Assembly: GCA_037142615.1 (NCBI GenBank) | Contig: JBAXAI010000017.1 | Location: 1-64,000, forward strand | DNA from: Spirochaetales bacterium | GTDB lineage: Bacteria > Spirochaetota > Spirochaetia > JABEVK01 | Length of the DNA: 64,000 nucleotides | Direction: 5' to 3' | Part shown: in pieces, positions 11,826 through 21,216 of the stretch | Position numbering within the stretch: the first letter of the stretch is position 1 | Layout: the number at the start of each line of letters is the position of its first letter | Notes under the pieces: generated by a model | The model's input: the letters and a program-made list of their open reading frames with translations, nothing else | Told to the model about the DNA's origin: nothing | Database searches by the model: none | Program-made: the position numbers and the translations under genes

Positions 11826-13939
11826 TGGCCCGCAAGCGAAAAGGAACCCGGGACCCGCTGTTCGATCCGGATCCGCGGCTGTTCTCGCCGCCACTCGCCG
11901 AGTGCTGGTTTGGCGTCTGCCTGCGCGCGCCGGTGTCGCACGGCCGGGTCGTCGGGCTGGTTCACCCGCCGCTGCCCGGCAATTTCGTGTTGGTGGGCCC
12001 GGGGCAGATTCCCGGTAACGAGAGTTTTCAGGTCCTCAAGGTCAAGCTTCCCCTGCTACCCGAACATGTGCATTACGTAGGGGAACCTTTGGCCCTGCTG
12101 GCTGGCCCCGATGAGCACACGGTGAGGGCCTTTGCGGCGCAGTCCCGCTTTGTCATTGTCCCTTCGGGGCCAGAACCGGGCCCCCACGAACAGGCGGCGC
12201 ACGGGCATACCCGCACGGTGCAGCGGGGGGCGGTTCTCGAAACGCGAGACTTGCCTGCGGACTGCCTGGTGGTCGAAAGCACCACGAGTTCGGGGGCCCA
12301 GGATCATGGACGTTTTGACGCGCTTGAGGTGCTCGCCAATGTGACCGAAGTCGCCATGATCCGCGTCAAGTCACAGTGGCCGGCCCACGTGGTCCAAAGC
12401 GTCGCCCGGGCGCTCGACCTGGATCCGGCTCAGGTTCAGGTCATGGCCACGACCACGGCCGGCCTCACCGGCAGTCAGGTCTGGTTCCCGTCGCTTTACT
12501 CGGTGTACGCCGCGGTGCTGTCGAAGGCCTGCGCTCACCCGGTTCTGATGCGCCTCACCCGCCAAGAAGACTTTCACCACTCGCCCAAGAGGCCAGAATG
12601 CAGAACCAAGCTGCGCTCGGTGGTGACCCGCGACGGCCGCATCCTGTCGTTGCAAGCCGACGTGGTCGTGCAGGTGGGTGCTTGGCCGGTGATGGCCGAA
12701 GAGCTGCTCGACCGCACGCTGGTCGGACTCCTGACACCCTACTATCTGGAGCACTTTGAGGTCACGGGCACGGCCCAGGTCTCTGCCACCCCGCCCCGAG
12801 GTCCGGTGGGGAGTAACGGCGAAGCCATGGGCCTCTTTGCGCTTGAAAATCATGTACAGGACCTGTGCCGCGAGCTCGATTTGGATCCTATCAAGTGGCG
12901 CATGGCGAACGCGGTGGCCAAGGACCAGCCTTGGTTCACCGGGCTGGTCCCCAAAGCGGAAAACCCCCTGAGGCCCCTGATGGCCGAGGCCGCGCGGGTC
13001 ACGGACTTTTCACGCAAGCAGGCCGCGTTCGAACTGCTGGCTCAAGACCGATCGCGCCTGCTGGAAGAGGCCTTGCCGCTGCGGGGAATCGGGGTGGCTT
13101 CCGGCTTTCAGGGCAACGGCTTCTTAGCCGGTGGCAGCCCCGTTCACTTGGAAGGACGTCTCGAAGAGACCGGTCAGTTGTCGCTCTACATTCCCCTGGT
13201 GACGCCCAACGCGCGGCAAATCGAGCTCTGGAAGCAAAGCGCCGCTGCGATCCTCCAGCTTTCGGTCGACAACGTGCGCATCTGCCCCGTCTTCTCGGGA
13301 GATCACCCCACTGGCGGTCCGTCGTTTGCGTCGAGGGCCTTCGAGATCATCCCCAGGCTGCTGTTGCAAACCTGCGAGGCGCTGGCCCAGAAGCGCTTCC
13401 GCCAGCCGCTGCCGCTCACGGTTCGTTCGGTGTACCGCCGCAACAAAGGCCCGGCGTGGGACGCTGAGCAGTTCACCGGCCAGCCGTTTTTGTCGCTGAC
13501 CTGGTGCGCTGCCGTGGCCGAAGTGCAAATCATCCCCCACAGGGCCGAGGTGGAAATCGTGCGGCTGTCGCTGGTTGTCGATGCCGGTCCGCGCATCGAC
13601 GAATCGGCCGCGCGAAACGCCCTGATCGAAGGCGTCCAGATGGCCGTCGGCTGGACCCTCACCGAAGCGCTGGGCTGGGACCAGGGCGGGGTCGATACCG
13701 GACTGGGCCGCTACCGGTTGCCGGGGCCGCGGGAGTTGCCACCCATCGAAATCCGCTTCCTCGAAAATGCCAACCAGACGAGGCCCCACGGTCTGGGAAA
13801 TCTGGGAGCTCATGCCGTAGCTCCGGCGCTTCTGGGCGCCATCCGGCAGGCGCTCGGCCAAGCCTCGTCGCTGAGTTCCATCCCCGTTTCGCGGAAAATG
13901 CTCGACGAGGCCTTGAGGCTGGGAGGCAACGCGCGATGA
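11825..13939 (+). CDS. Xanthine dehydrogenase/aldehyde oxidase family large-subunit homolog with a degenerate Mo-site
   Basis: Hammerhead-like N-terminus (LRAPVSHGRV...VHYVGEPLAL), VVDAG and GVQMAVGWTLTE; canonical GGGFGGK, FRGFG and KGxGE motifs altered. Confidence 0.82.
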   Translation: MARKRKGTRDPLFDPDPRLFSPPLAECWFGVCLRAPVSHGRVVGLVHPPLPGNFVLVGPGQIPGNESFQVLKVKLPLLPEHVHYVGEPLALLAGPDEHTVRAFAAQSRFVIVPSGPEPGPHEQAAHGHTRTVQRGAVLETRDLPADCLVVESTTSSGAQDHGRFDALEVLANVTEVAMIRVKSQWPAHVVQSVARALDLDPAQVQVMATTTAGLTGSQVWFPSLYSVYAAVLSKACAHPVLMRLTRQEDFHHSPKRPECRTKLRSVVTRDGRILSLQADVVVQVGAWPVMAEELLDRTLVGLLTPYYLEHFEVTGTAQVSATPPRGPVGSNGEAMGLFALENHVQDLCRELDLDPIKWRMANAVAKDQPWFTGLVPKAENPLRPLMAEAARVTDFSRKQAAFELLAQDRSRLLEEALPLRGIGVASGFQGNGFLAGGSPVHLEGRLEETGQLSLYIPLVTPNARQIELWKQSAAAILQLSVDNVRICPVFSGDHPTGGPSFASRAFEIIPRLLLQTCEALAQKRFRQPLPLTVRSVYRRNKGPAWDAEQFTGQPFLSLTWCAAVAEVQIIPHRAEVEIVRLSLVVDAGPRIDESAARNALIEGVQMAVGWTLTEALGWDQGGVDTGLGRYRLPGPRELPPIEIRFLENANQTRPHGLGNLGAHAVAPALLGAIRQALGQASSLSSIPVSRKMLDEALRLGGNAR

Positions 13940-14421
13940 AAGTGCATCTGATTCTCAATGGTGACGACGTGACCGTCACCGCCGAGCCCCGCGAGTCGCT
14001 GTTTGAAGTGCTGCAAAGCGAGGCGGGCCTCTTTGCCGACAAAGTCTGTTGCGACCAGGGCGACTGCGGCCGCTGCCATTTGCTGCTCGACGGCCGCGAG
14101 GTGCCGGGTTGCCTCATCCCGTTCTTCCAGGTGCGCGAGCGCGAAGTCGTTACCCCAGAAGGCTTTCGGAACACTGAGGAATACCGCCTCTTCCGGACCC
14201 TGCTCGACGACGAGGGTCTGGTCCCCTGCCCCGAATGCACCGAAGTCCAGGTGTTCCACCTTTTCTCGTTCCTGGAGCAGTTCCCTCAGGCCGACGCTGA
14301 GGAATGCCGTCTGGTGATCGGAGAAATCCCCTGCCGCTGCGGCAGCCGGCCCGTGCTCGAACGCGGGGCCCGTCGTTGGCTCGAAGCCCGCAAGGAGGTC
14401 CCGCGTGGCCGCCGCCGTTGA
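13936..14421 (+). CDS. [2Fe-2S] small subunit of the XDH/CoxS family
   Basis: CDQGDCGRC-x11-C, then CPEC and CRC; ATGA overlap with the upstream gene. Confidence 0.87.
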   Translation: MKVHLILNGDDVTVTAEPRESLFEVLQSEAGLFADKVCCDQGDCGRCHLLLDGREVPGCLIPFFQVREREVVTPEGFRNTEEYRLFRTLLDDEGLVPCPECTEVQVFHLFSFLEQFPQADAEECRLVIGEIPCRCGSRPVLERGARRWLEARKEVPRGRRR

Positions 14422-15244
14422 AGTCGCCCAGCCTCTGGTCTACAGCCCCCGAACGTTGAGTGAGACCTTGGCGTTTCTGTCGGCCAACCCCGGCTGCCAG
14501 ATCATCGCCGGCGGTACTGCGCGGAATCCCGAAGTGGCCGTCGCGGTCAGTCTGCACCAGCTCGACGAACTCAAGAGGATCACCTTGGGTGAACGGGCCC
14601 TCGACCTGGGCGCGGGGGTTACCTTGGCGGCCCTGCTGGCGCTGCCCGATAGCCAGGTTCCCCGCGTGCTCAAAGAGGCACTGCGGTCCATCGGGACCTC
14701 GGCCCTGCGCAATCTGGCCACGTTGGGAGGAAACGTGTGTCAGAGGGGGTTCTTCGGTGACCTGGTTCCGGTCCTGTTGTTGCTCGGCGCGCAGTTTGAG
14801 CTTCGCGGGCAGCGAACCTCGCGCTGGGTGGCGGCGCAGGACTTTGGCGAGCACGGCCACGTCGAACTCAGTGGGGGCGAAGTCTTGGTGCGGGTTCGCC
14901 TGCCGCTCGAAGACCCTGGCGTGCATTTCTACCAAAAAATAGGAAGCTTCCGTTCGGCCTGGGACGAACGCTTGTCGATGGTCTGTCTCGCAACCCCCAA
15001 GAACGGGCTGATTTCACGGTTCCGCTTGGTTTTTTCGCTGCCCCAAAGCGGCTTGGTACGCCACCGCGACCTCGAAGCCGACCTGACCGGACAAAGGCTC
15101 CCGCTTTCGGCCCGCGAACGTGCCACGGTGTTGGAGCGGCTGGACGAGTACCTGGGTCACCTGCCACTTCCGGCCAGCGTCTTCCAGCGGGAGAGGATTT
15201 TGCACTTGGCGCGCTGGGTCCTCACCCGCTTGGAAGACGACTAA
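14405..15244 (+). CDS. FAD-binding medium subunit of the XDH/CoxM family
   Basis: IIAGGT, IGTSALRNLATLGGN and downstream GD motif. Confidence 0.87.
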   Translation: MAAAVEVAQPLVYSPRTLSETLAFLSANPGCQIIAGGTARNPEVAVAVSLHQLDELKRITLGERALDLGAGVTLAALLALPDSQVPRVLKEALRSIGTSALRNLATLGGNVCQRGFFGDLVPVLLLLGAQFELRGQRTSRWVAAQDFGEHGHVELSGGEVLVRVRLPLEDPGVHFYQKIGSFRSAWDERLSMVCLATPKNGLISRFRLVFSLPQSGLVRHRDLEADLTGQRLPLSARERATVLERLDEYLGHLPLPASVFQRERILHLARWVLTRLEDD

Positions 15245-17037
15245 GCCTCGAGCTCTTGCTTTTCACGTTCGTCCAGGAACTGCTCGGTATACAGCTCAAA
15301 GTAGCGCCCCCGGCGGGCCATCAGTTCGCTGTGGTTGCCGTCCTCGAGGATGCGTCCCTTTTCGAGCAACAGGATGCGGTCGGCGCCACGCACGGTTGAA
15401 AGCCGGTGGGCGATCAGGAAGCTCGTTCGCCCGTGGAGCAGTTTCTCGACCGCCAACTGAATCAGGCGCTCGGTTTCGGTATCGACCGAGCTGGTCGCTT
15501 CATCGAGCAGGAACAACGCCGGATCGGCCAGCACGGCACGGGCCAGGCTCACCAGCTGTTTCTGCCCCGTCGAAAGGCGGCTGCCCCCTTCTCCAATGTC
15601 AGTGTCAAAACCCTTTTCGAGCTCCTGGATGAACTCCGTCGCCGACACTTGCTTGGCGGCCTCTTCCACCTCAGCGTCGGTGGCCGTGAGCCTGCCATAG
15701 CGGATGTTGTCGCGGACCGTTCCCCGAAAGAGTTGGGGGGTCTGGAGCACGTAGCCGAGGCGCGAATGCAGCCAGTGCTGACTCCGATCGCGGGTGTCGA
15801 CCCCGTCGATGAGCACTTGCCCCGAGGTTGGTTCGTAAAAGCGGCAAAGCAGATTGATGATGGTGCTCTTGCCGCTTCCCGTCTCGCCGACCAAGGCGAT
15901 GCTCTGGCCCGGCTCCACCACGAGCTGGAACCGTTCGAGGATGGGTTGCCCCGGCACGTACGAAAAGCTCACCTCGTGAAACTCGACCCGTCCCACCAGC
16001 GGCGGTTCGTTCGAGGTGTCGAGTCCAGGACGGTCGCGGATCTCGGGCTCGGCCTCCACCAGCGCCAGGAGTCGCTCCGCAGAGGTCTGGGCCTGCTGCA
16101 ACTCACCCAGCACTCTCGCCAGCTCCCGCACGGGTTCAAAAAACTGAACCGTGTACGAGGCAAACGCTACCAGCGTGCCCAGGCTGAGCGCCCCGGCCAG
16201 CACCATGGGCGCGCCAAAGCTGAGGGCCAGCGCGGTGCCGAGACTGGCCAGCGTGAGCACCACCGGCAGGTAGAGCGCGCCGAACCAAGCCGAGCGCACC
16301 GACGCGTCGCGCAGGTTACCGGCCCGCACGCCGAACTCGCGGCGGTTGCCGTCTTCGCGTCCGAGCACTTTGCTGCTGCGTGCGCCCTGAATCCCCTCCG
16401 AAAACGCCGCCGAAACCTCGGATCCCAGTTTTTTCACCTGCCGGTACCACGTGAGCAGCGTCTTTTGGAACACCACGCTCACCCAAGCCAGCGGGGGCAG
16501 CACCGACAACGTGATGGCGGCCAGCAACGGATTGAGCACAAACAGCACGATGGTGATGGCCAGCATCATGGCTGCCCCCCACACCATGTCGACAATGCCC
16601 CACGAGATCACCTGCCCCAAGCGGGTGGCGTCGCTGGTCAGGCGGGCCAAAATCCAGCCGCCGGGGGTCTTGTCGTAATAGCTGAACGACAGATCCATCA
16701 GGCGGTCGAACCCGGCCTGCCTCAAGTCGTGGATCAGCCCCTGCTCGATCCAGCCGGCCACCCAGATCAGTGACCACACCAACGCACACTGCGCCAGCAT
16801 GGCACCGCCGTACAAAGCCAGAAAGCCTTCGATTCCCTTCATCGACCGAGGAACCAAGAAGGTGTCCACAGCCACTTTGGTGAGGTAAGGGAAGCTCGTG
16901 TCGATGGCACCGACCGCAAGCATCACCAGGCCGAGCGCGACCAGGTGCTTTGTGTATGGCTTGGTGAACCTCAACAGTCCTTTCCACAGCTTCCAGTTCC
17001 AACGGGTCTGGAAGGCCTCGTCTTCCCAGTCGCTCAT
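15241..17037 (-). CDS. ABC exporter, fused permease/ATPase (heterodimer half)
   Basis: Transmembrane domain plus GETGSGKST, LSTGQ, LLDEATS and AHRLST; ATG at 17037 overlaps the upstream stop. Confidence 0.93.
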   Translation of the reverse strand: MSDWEDEAFQTRWNWKLWKGLLRFTKPYTKHLVALGLVMLAVGAIDTSFPYLTKVAVDTFLVPRSMKGIEGFLALYGGAMLAQCALVWSLIWVAGWIEQGLIHDLRQAGFDRLMDLSFSYYDKTPGGWILARLTSDATRLGQVISWGIVDMVWGAAMMLAITIVLFVLNPLLAAITLSVLPPLAWVSVVFQKTLLTWYRQVKKLGSEVSAAFSEGIQGARSSKVLGREDGNRREFGVRAGNLRDASVRSAWFGALYLPVVLTLASLGTALALSFGAPMVLAGALSLGTLVAFASYTVQFFEPVRELARVLGELQQAQTSAERLLALVEAEPEIRDRPGLDTSNEPPLVGRVEFHEVSFSYVPGQPILERFQLVVEPGQSIALVGETGSGKSTIINLLCRFYEPTSGQVLIDGVDTRDRSQHWLHSRLGYVLQTPQLFRGTVRDNIRYGRLTATDAEVEEAAKQVSATEFIQELEKGFDTDIGEGGSRLSTGQKQLVSLARAVLADPALFLLDEATSSVDTETERLIQLAVEKLLHGRTSFLIAHRLSTVRGADRILLLEKGRILEDGNHSELMARRGRYFELYTEQFLDEREKQELEA

Positions 17038-18767
17038 AGCAACCATTCCTTTTGCAGGGCGTTCTGCAGTTCGGCCATGCGCCGGTACAAACCCGGCTGG
17101 GCCGCCAGTTCGGCGTGGGTGCCCTGTTGCACCAGACGGCCGTGTTCGAGCACCAAAATCACGTCGGCCTGCGCCAAGGTCGACAAGCGGTGCGAAATCA
17201 AAATGATCGTCCCAGACGACTTGCGGCTCGCCAAACTCGCCCGGATCTGCGCATCGGTGTGGTTGTCGACGGCCGACAGCGAGTCGTCGAAAATCAGCAC
17301 CGGTTTGGGCCTCACCAGCATCTGCGCGATGGCCGTGCGCTGGCGCTGACCGCCCGACAGGGTCACCCCGCGCTCCCCGAGCAGGGTCTTGTACCCTTCG
17401 GGAAAGCCGGTGATGCCCTCGTGGAACCGGGCCAGCGTCGCCGCATGAACGATCTCGTCGGCATGCGGCGTTTCGTGCGCCAGCCCGATGTTGTCGCCGA
17501 TGGTTTTGGCAAATAACCACGGCTCTTGCAAAACCAGTCCTACCTGAGACCTCAGCTCTCGTTTGCTCAGCGTGGCGAGCTCGCGCCCGTCGAGAAGGAT
17601 TTCTCCTTCGTAGGGTGACAGCCCTGCCAGCAATTGCACCAACGTCGACTTGCCGCTGCCCGTGGGCCCCAACAACGCTGCGGTTTGGCCAGCCTCGATG
17701 ACGAAGTTCAGGCCCTCGAGAATGGTGCGGCCTTCTTTGTGCACGCTCACGTTGCGAAACTCGAGCCGGCCCTTCCATTCGGTGCCCGGGAACACTTCCC
17801 GTTCGCCGAGCTCCTCGGTGGGCTTGGCCAAGATTTCCTTGACCCGAGTCCACGACACCTTCGCCTTTCCGAGGTCGGTGAGCACGCGGCCCAACTGACG
17901 GATGGGCCACACCAGCATGCCGGTGAGCGTCATGAACATGACAACCGTGCCTGTGGTGACCAGGCCAGCATTCACAAACACGATTCCGGCCGTCAACACA
18001 ATGCCGAGTTGGAGCAGCGACAGCACGTTCACCAGCCCCCAATAGTAGGCGAACAGGTTGATCAGTTTGCGGGTCACCTGCCGGTAGTGGTCGTTCTCGG
18101 CGCCGAATCGTTGCCGCTCGAAGTCTTGACGGGCAAAGGCTTTAACGACCCGCACCCCCGTGATATTTTCTTGCAGGATGCCCGACAAGCGCCCTTCGGA
18201 CTCGTCACTTTCCTTGAAAGCCTTTTCGACCTGATGGAAGAAGGCGTAGCTAAAAATGAGCACCACCGGAAGCAAGGGCACCGTGAACCAGGCCAACCGC
18301 GGTTCCAGAGCAAACAGCATGGGGAGTATCCACAGGGCCTGCAGACTGCTGTTGACCAGCTCGGGGAACTGAAGACCAGCCAACCGCCTCAACGTATCGA
18401 CATCGGAGGTGCAACGCTGAACCCAGTCACCGGTGGGAGCTTTTTGCAGCTCATCCCAGGTCAACAACTGAAGGTGACCGTACAGCTGGTTGCGAAGATC
18501 CTTGGCAGCGTCTTCGGCGACCCGCTGGGTGCCGTACCCCGACAGAAAGTTCAGGCCGGCCGCACCGAAGCTGAAGGCGAACATGCAGGCGATGGCCCAG
18601 GCGATGCTGTTGACCCAGCTCAAGGGACCAGGAAGCGTCCAAGCGGCACCGCCGAGCCCGCTATCAAGAATGGACCGTAACAGCAACGGTGGCAACGAGG
18701 AAAGGATGGTCCCCGCAGCGGCAGCCAACAGCGCCGCGACGTACAGGGGCAGGTATTTACGAAACAT
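17034..18767 (-). CDS. ABC exporter, fused permease/ATPase (heterodimer half with degenerate Walker B)
   Basis: GPTGSGKST, LSGGQ, IFDDSLS and SHRLST; RBS GGAG before ATG at 18767. Confidence 0.93.
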   Translation of the reverse strand: MFRKYLPLYVAALLAAAAGTILSSLPPLLLRSILDSGLGGAAWTLPGPLSWVNSIAWAIACMFAFSFGAAGLNFLSGYGTQRVAEDAAKDLRNQLYGHLQLLTWDELQKAPTGDWVQRCTSDVDTLRRLAGLQFPELVNSSLQALWILPMLFALEPRLAWFTVPLLPVVLIFSYAFFHQVEKAFKESDESEGRLSGILQENITGVRVVKAFARQDFERQRFGAENDHYRQVTRKLINLFAYYWGLVNVLSLLQLGIVLTAGIVFVNAGLVTTGTVVMFMTLTGMLVWPIRQLGRVLTDLGKAKVSWTRVKEILAKPTEELGEREVFPGTEWKGRLEFRNVSVHKEGRTILEGLNFVIEAGQTAALLGPTGSGKSTLVQLLAGLSPYEGEILLDGRELATLSKRELRSQVGLVLQEPWLFAKTIGDNIGLAHETPHADEIVHAATLARFHEGITGFPEGYKTLLGERGVTLSGGQRQRTAIAQMLVRPKPVLIFDDSLSAVDNHTDAQIRASLASRKSSGTIILISHRLSTLAQADVILVLEHGRLVQQGTHAELAAQPGLYRRMAELQNALQKEWLL

Positions 18768-18877
18768 GGAAGTTCTCCAAAAGAAACCAGGACACCTGGC
18801 AAAAGGCATCGCGAAACCGACAAAAGGGGGAAAGGACTACTGGGAGGCCACACCGAAGCGTTGGCCCACTTGTGCCG

Positions 18878-18940
18878 CTAGGAGCGCGGAACCAGCAGAT
18901 ACACCCGGTAAAGGGTCACAGGGACAGTGGTGCTTTTCAT
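18878..18940 (-). CDS. Putative leader peptide MKSTTVPVTLYRVYLLVPRS (20 aa)
   Basis: GGAGGT RBS at 18948-18953, ATG...TAG, followed by a UUCG-capped hairpin (18846-18866) upstream of the ABC pair. Confidence 0.6.
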   Translation of the reverse strand: MKSTTVPVTLYRVYLLVPRS

Positions 18941-19056
18941 GTTGTGAACCTCCGGGTGGCGATAGGATTTGCCTACGATAGCCCGACACTAGCGTGCTGT
19001 CAACTCACCCTGAGCGTCCATGACAAAGATTTCATCCGCCGGTATACTGCCACGTC

Positions 19057-19599
19057 ATGCGCATCACCGGTGGGAAATACCGAGGAAGAATCGTTCAATG
19101 CCCCCCCGGGGTCATCCGACCCGCGATGGACCGCATGCGCACCAGCCTGTTTTCCATTCTGGGGCCCTTGGACGGTCTGAGCTTCCTCGACCTGTTTTCA
19201 GGCTCGGGGCTGGTGGGCATCGAAGCCGCCAGCCGAGGCGCCGAACCCGTCGATCTGGTCGAAAAAGACTTCGGCAAGAAGGCCGTCATCCTGAAGAACC
19301 TGGCCATGGTCGACACGGCGATCAAGCTGCACCTGGCAGACGTCAAAGCCTTTTTGAAGCGAGCCGAACGCCGCTACGATGTCATCTACCTCGATCCGCC
19401 GTTCCCGCTGGAGGGCAAGCTCGAGGTGCTTCAGCTCATCGACGAACGCAACGTTTTGGCCGAAAACGGCTCGCTGCTGATGCACTACCCCGGTGAAGAG
19501 ACTTACCCGGATACGGTAGGACGTTACCGCCGCTATGACCACCGCGAGTACGGCCGCAGTCATGTAGTGTTCTACACGCAGGCCAACACGACCGAATAA
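19057..19599 (+). CDS. rsmD: 16S rRNA m2G966 methyltransferase RsmD
   Basis: MRITGGKYRGR, RPAMDRMR, LDLFSGSG, EAASRGA and YLDPPF. Confidence 0.93.
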   Translation: MRITGGKYRGRIVQCPPGVIRPAMDRMRTSLFSILGPLDGLSFLDLFSGSGLVGIEAASRGAEPVDLVEKDFGKKAVILKNLAMVDTAIKLHLADVKAFLKRAERRYDVIYLDPPFPLEGKLEVLQLIDERNVLAENGSLLMHYPGEETYPDTVGRYRRYDHREYGRSHVVFYTQANTTE

Positions 19600-19603
19600 G
19601 CTT

Positions 19604-19630
19604 TCAAGTCGCGCCGATTTCGGTCGATAC
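19604..19630 (+). promoter_or_regulatory. Sigma28 (FliA)-like promoter of motAB
   Basis: TCAA-N15-GTCGATAC compared with consensus TAAA-N15-GCCGATAA, directly upstream of the stator genes. Confidence 0.55.
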
Positions 19631-19655
19631 CTTGGGTATGAAATCGGGAAAAGGC

Positions 19656-20441
19656 ATGGACATATCGCTGGTCATCGGCTTCGTGACCGGCTTGGGCGGC
19701 ATCTTGGTGGGGTACATCGTCGAAGGCGGTAACCCCGCCTCTCTCATCGGCGTCTCGGCCCTCATCATCATCGGAGCAGGCACCTCGGGAACCATTTTGG
19801 TCTCGTTCGGAATCAAGGGCTACATGTCCATTCCGGCGGGCGTGGGGGCGGCGATGTCGCCACCCAACGGACCGTCTGCCGACCTGGCGGGGCAAATCGT
19901 TGACCTTTCCGACAAAGCGCGCAAAGAAGGCCTGCTCTCGCTCGACGACATGGTGGAAGACATCGAAGACCCCTTGTTCCGCAAAGGCATCCGCATGGTT
20001 GTTGACGGCGTCGACCCCGAAGAAATCGAGAAGCTGCTCGAAACCGACATTGCGGTCTACGAACACGTCAAGAAGGAAGAGGCGGAAATCTTCGGCCAGA
20101 TGGGCGGTTTTGCTCCGACGATGGGGATCATCGGTACGGTTACCGGTCTGGTCTTGGTTCTTGGTAACTTGGCGGGCGACATCGAGCGCTTAGGTCACTC
20201 CATTGCGGCGGCGTTCATCGCGACGTTGTACGGAATCGGTATCGCCAACGTGTTCGCCCTGCCGGTGGCCAACAAGCTCAAGGGCAAAATCAAGGTCGAA
20301 AAGCTGCGCATGGAAATGATCCTCACGGGGGTCTTTGCCATCCACAAGGGCGAAAGCCCCATGCTGGTTAAGGAAAAGATGCTGTCGTACCTCGAAGAAG
20401 AAGAACAGAAGCTGCTCGACAAGGGCGGAGCTGAGGACTAA
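19656..20441 (+). CDS. motA: Flagellar stator protein MotA
   Basis: ARKEGLLSL, GGFAPTMGIIGTVTGL, AFIATLYGI and ALPVANKL. Confidence 0.93.
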   Translation: MDISLVIGFVTGLGGILVGYIVEGGNPASLIGVSALIIIGAGTSGTILVSFGIKGYMSIPAGVGAAMSPPNGPSADLAGQIVDLSDKARKEGLLSLDDMVEDIEDPLFRKGIRMVVDGVDPEEIEKLLETDIAVYEHVKKEEAEIFGQMGGFAPTMGIIGTVTGLVLVLGNLAGDIERLGHSIAAAFIATLYGIGIANVFALPVANKLKGKIKVEKLRMEMILTGVFAIHKGESPMLVKEKMLSYLEEEEQKLLDKGGAED

Positions 20442-21200
20442 ATGGCCGCCAAAAAAGCGCCTGCCAAAAAAAAGAAGAAGGCCGTCGACGAAGAGAAAGA
20501 AAACTCAGAACGCTGGCTTCTGACCTACGCCGACATGATCACCCTGCTGATGCTCTTCTTCATCGTGTTGTACGCCATGAGTCCCCGCGACCCCAAAAAG
20601 TTTGAGGACCTGGCGCAAACCTTCCAGACGGTGTTTCAGGGAGCCAACATGGGCTTCGTGTTCTCGGCCAGCAACTCGGTGGGCACCAAGGGCGAAATGC
20701 TTCTGGGCCGCCAGCAGACTGACCCGTCGAAAACGCTGCGTGAAAAGCGCAACGCCATGATGTCGCAGCTGGAATACCGCATGAAGAACATCATGCCGCA
20801 AAATCAGTACAAGGTGACCGAGGTGCAGGAAGGCATCAAGATCACGCTGTTCAGCGACACTTTTTTTGACCCAGGTAGCCCCGAAGTTCACCCCGAAGCC
20901 GTGCCTTTCCTGGGCAAGGTCGCCGATGGGATCAAGGCCCTTCCCAACGCCATCCGCGTCGAAGGCCATACCGACGGCAGCACCATCGAGGGCAACAAGT
21001 TCTCCAAGGAATGGCAACTGAGCACCGAACGGGCCCTGAGCGTGCTCAACTTGTTCCTCAGCTATGGCTACCCCGAGGAACGCTCAGGCGTGGCCGGCTA
21101 CGGAAGCACGCGTCCCGTGGCGACGAACACCACTCCCGAAGGTCAGGCGTTTAACCGGCGGGTGGATGTGCTGTTGCTGTGGGACAAATCTCAAATGTAG
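20442..21200 (+). CDS. motB: Flagellar stator protein MotB
   Basis: WLLTYADMITLLMLFF; OmpA-like domain VEGHTD...LSTERA...NRRVD. Confidence 0.93.
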   Translation: MAAKKAPAKKKKKAVDEEKENSERWLLTYADMITLLMLFFIVLYAMSPRDPKKFEDLAQTFQTVFQGANMGFVFSASNSVGTKGEMLLGRQQTDPSKTLREKRNAMMSQLEYRMKNIMPQNQYKVTEVQEGIKITLFSDTFFDPGSPEVHPEAVPFLGKVADGIKALPNAIRVEGHTDGSTIEGNKFSKEWQLSTERALSVLNLFLSYGYPEERSGVAGYGSTRPVATNTTPEGQAFNRRVDVLLLWDKSQM

Positions 21201-21216
21201 GTCGAGGTCGGCGCGC

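Noticed and set aside
11825-15244. Selenium-dependent or functional xanthine/CO dehydrogenase
   Set aside because: No in-frame UGA, no accessory xdhC/yqeB/mocA genes nearby, and the active-site motifs are degenerate
17038-18042. Long N-terminal extensions in the ORF track (933-aa ABC, 759-aa ABC, 542-aa methyltransferase, 305-aa Fe-S subunit)
   Set aside because: They overlap upstream genes in another frame; the real starts coincide with ATGA or GTGA stop-start overlaps, so no frameshift or fusion is needed
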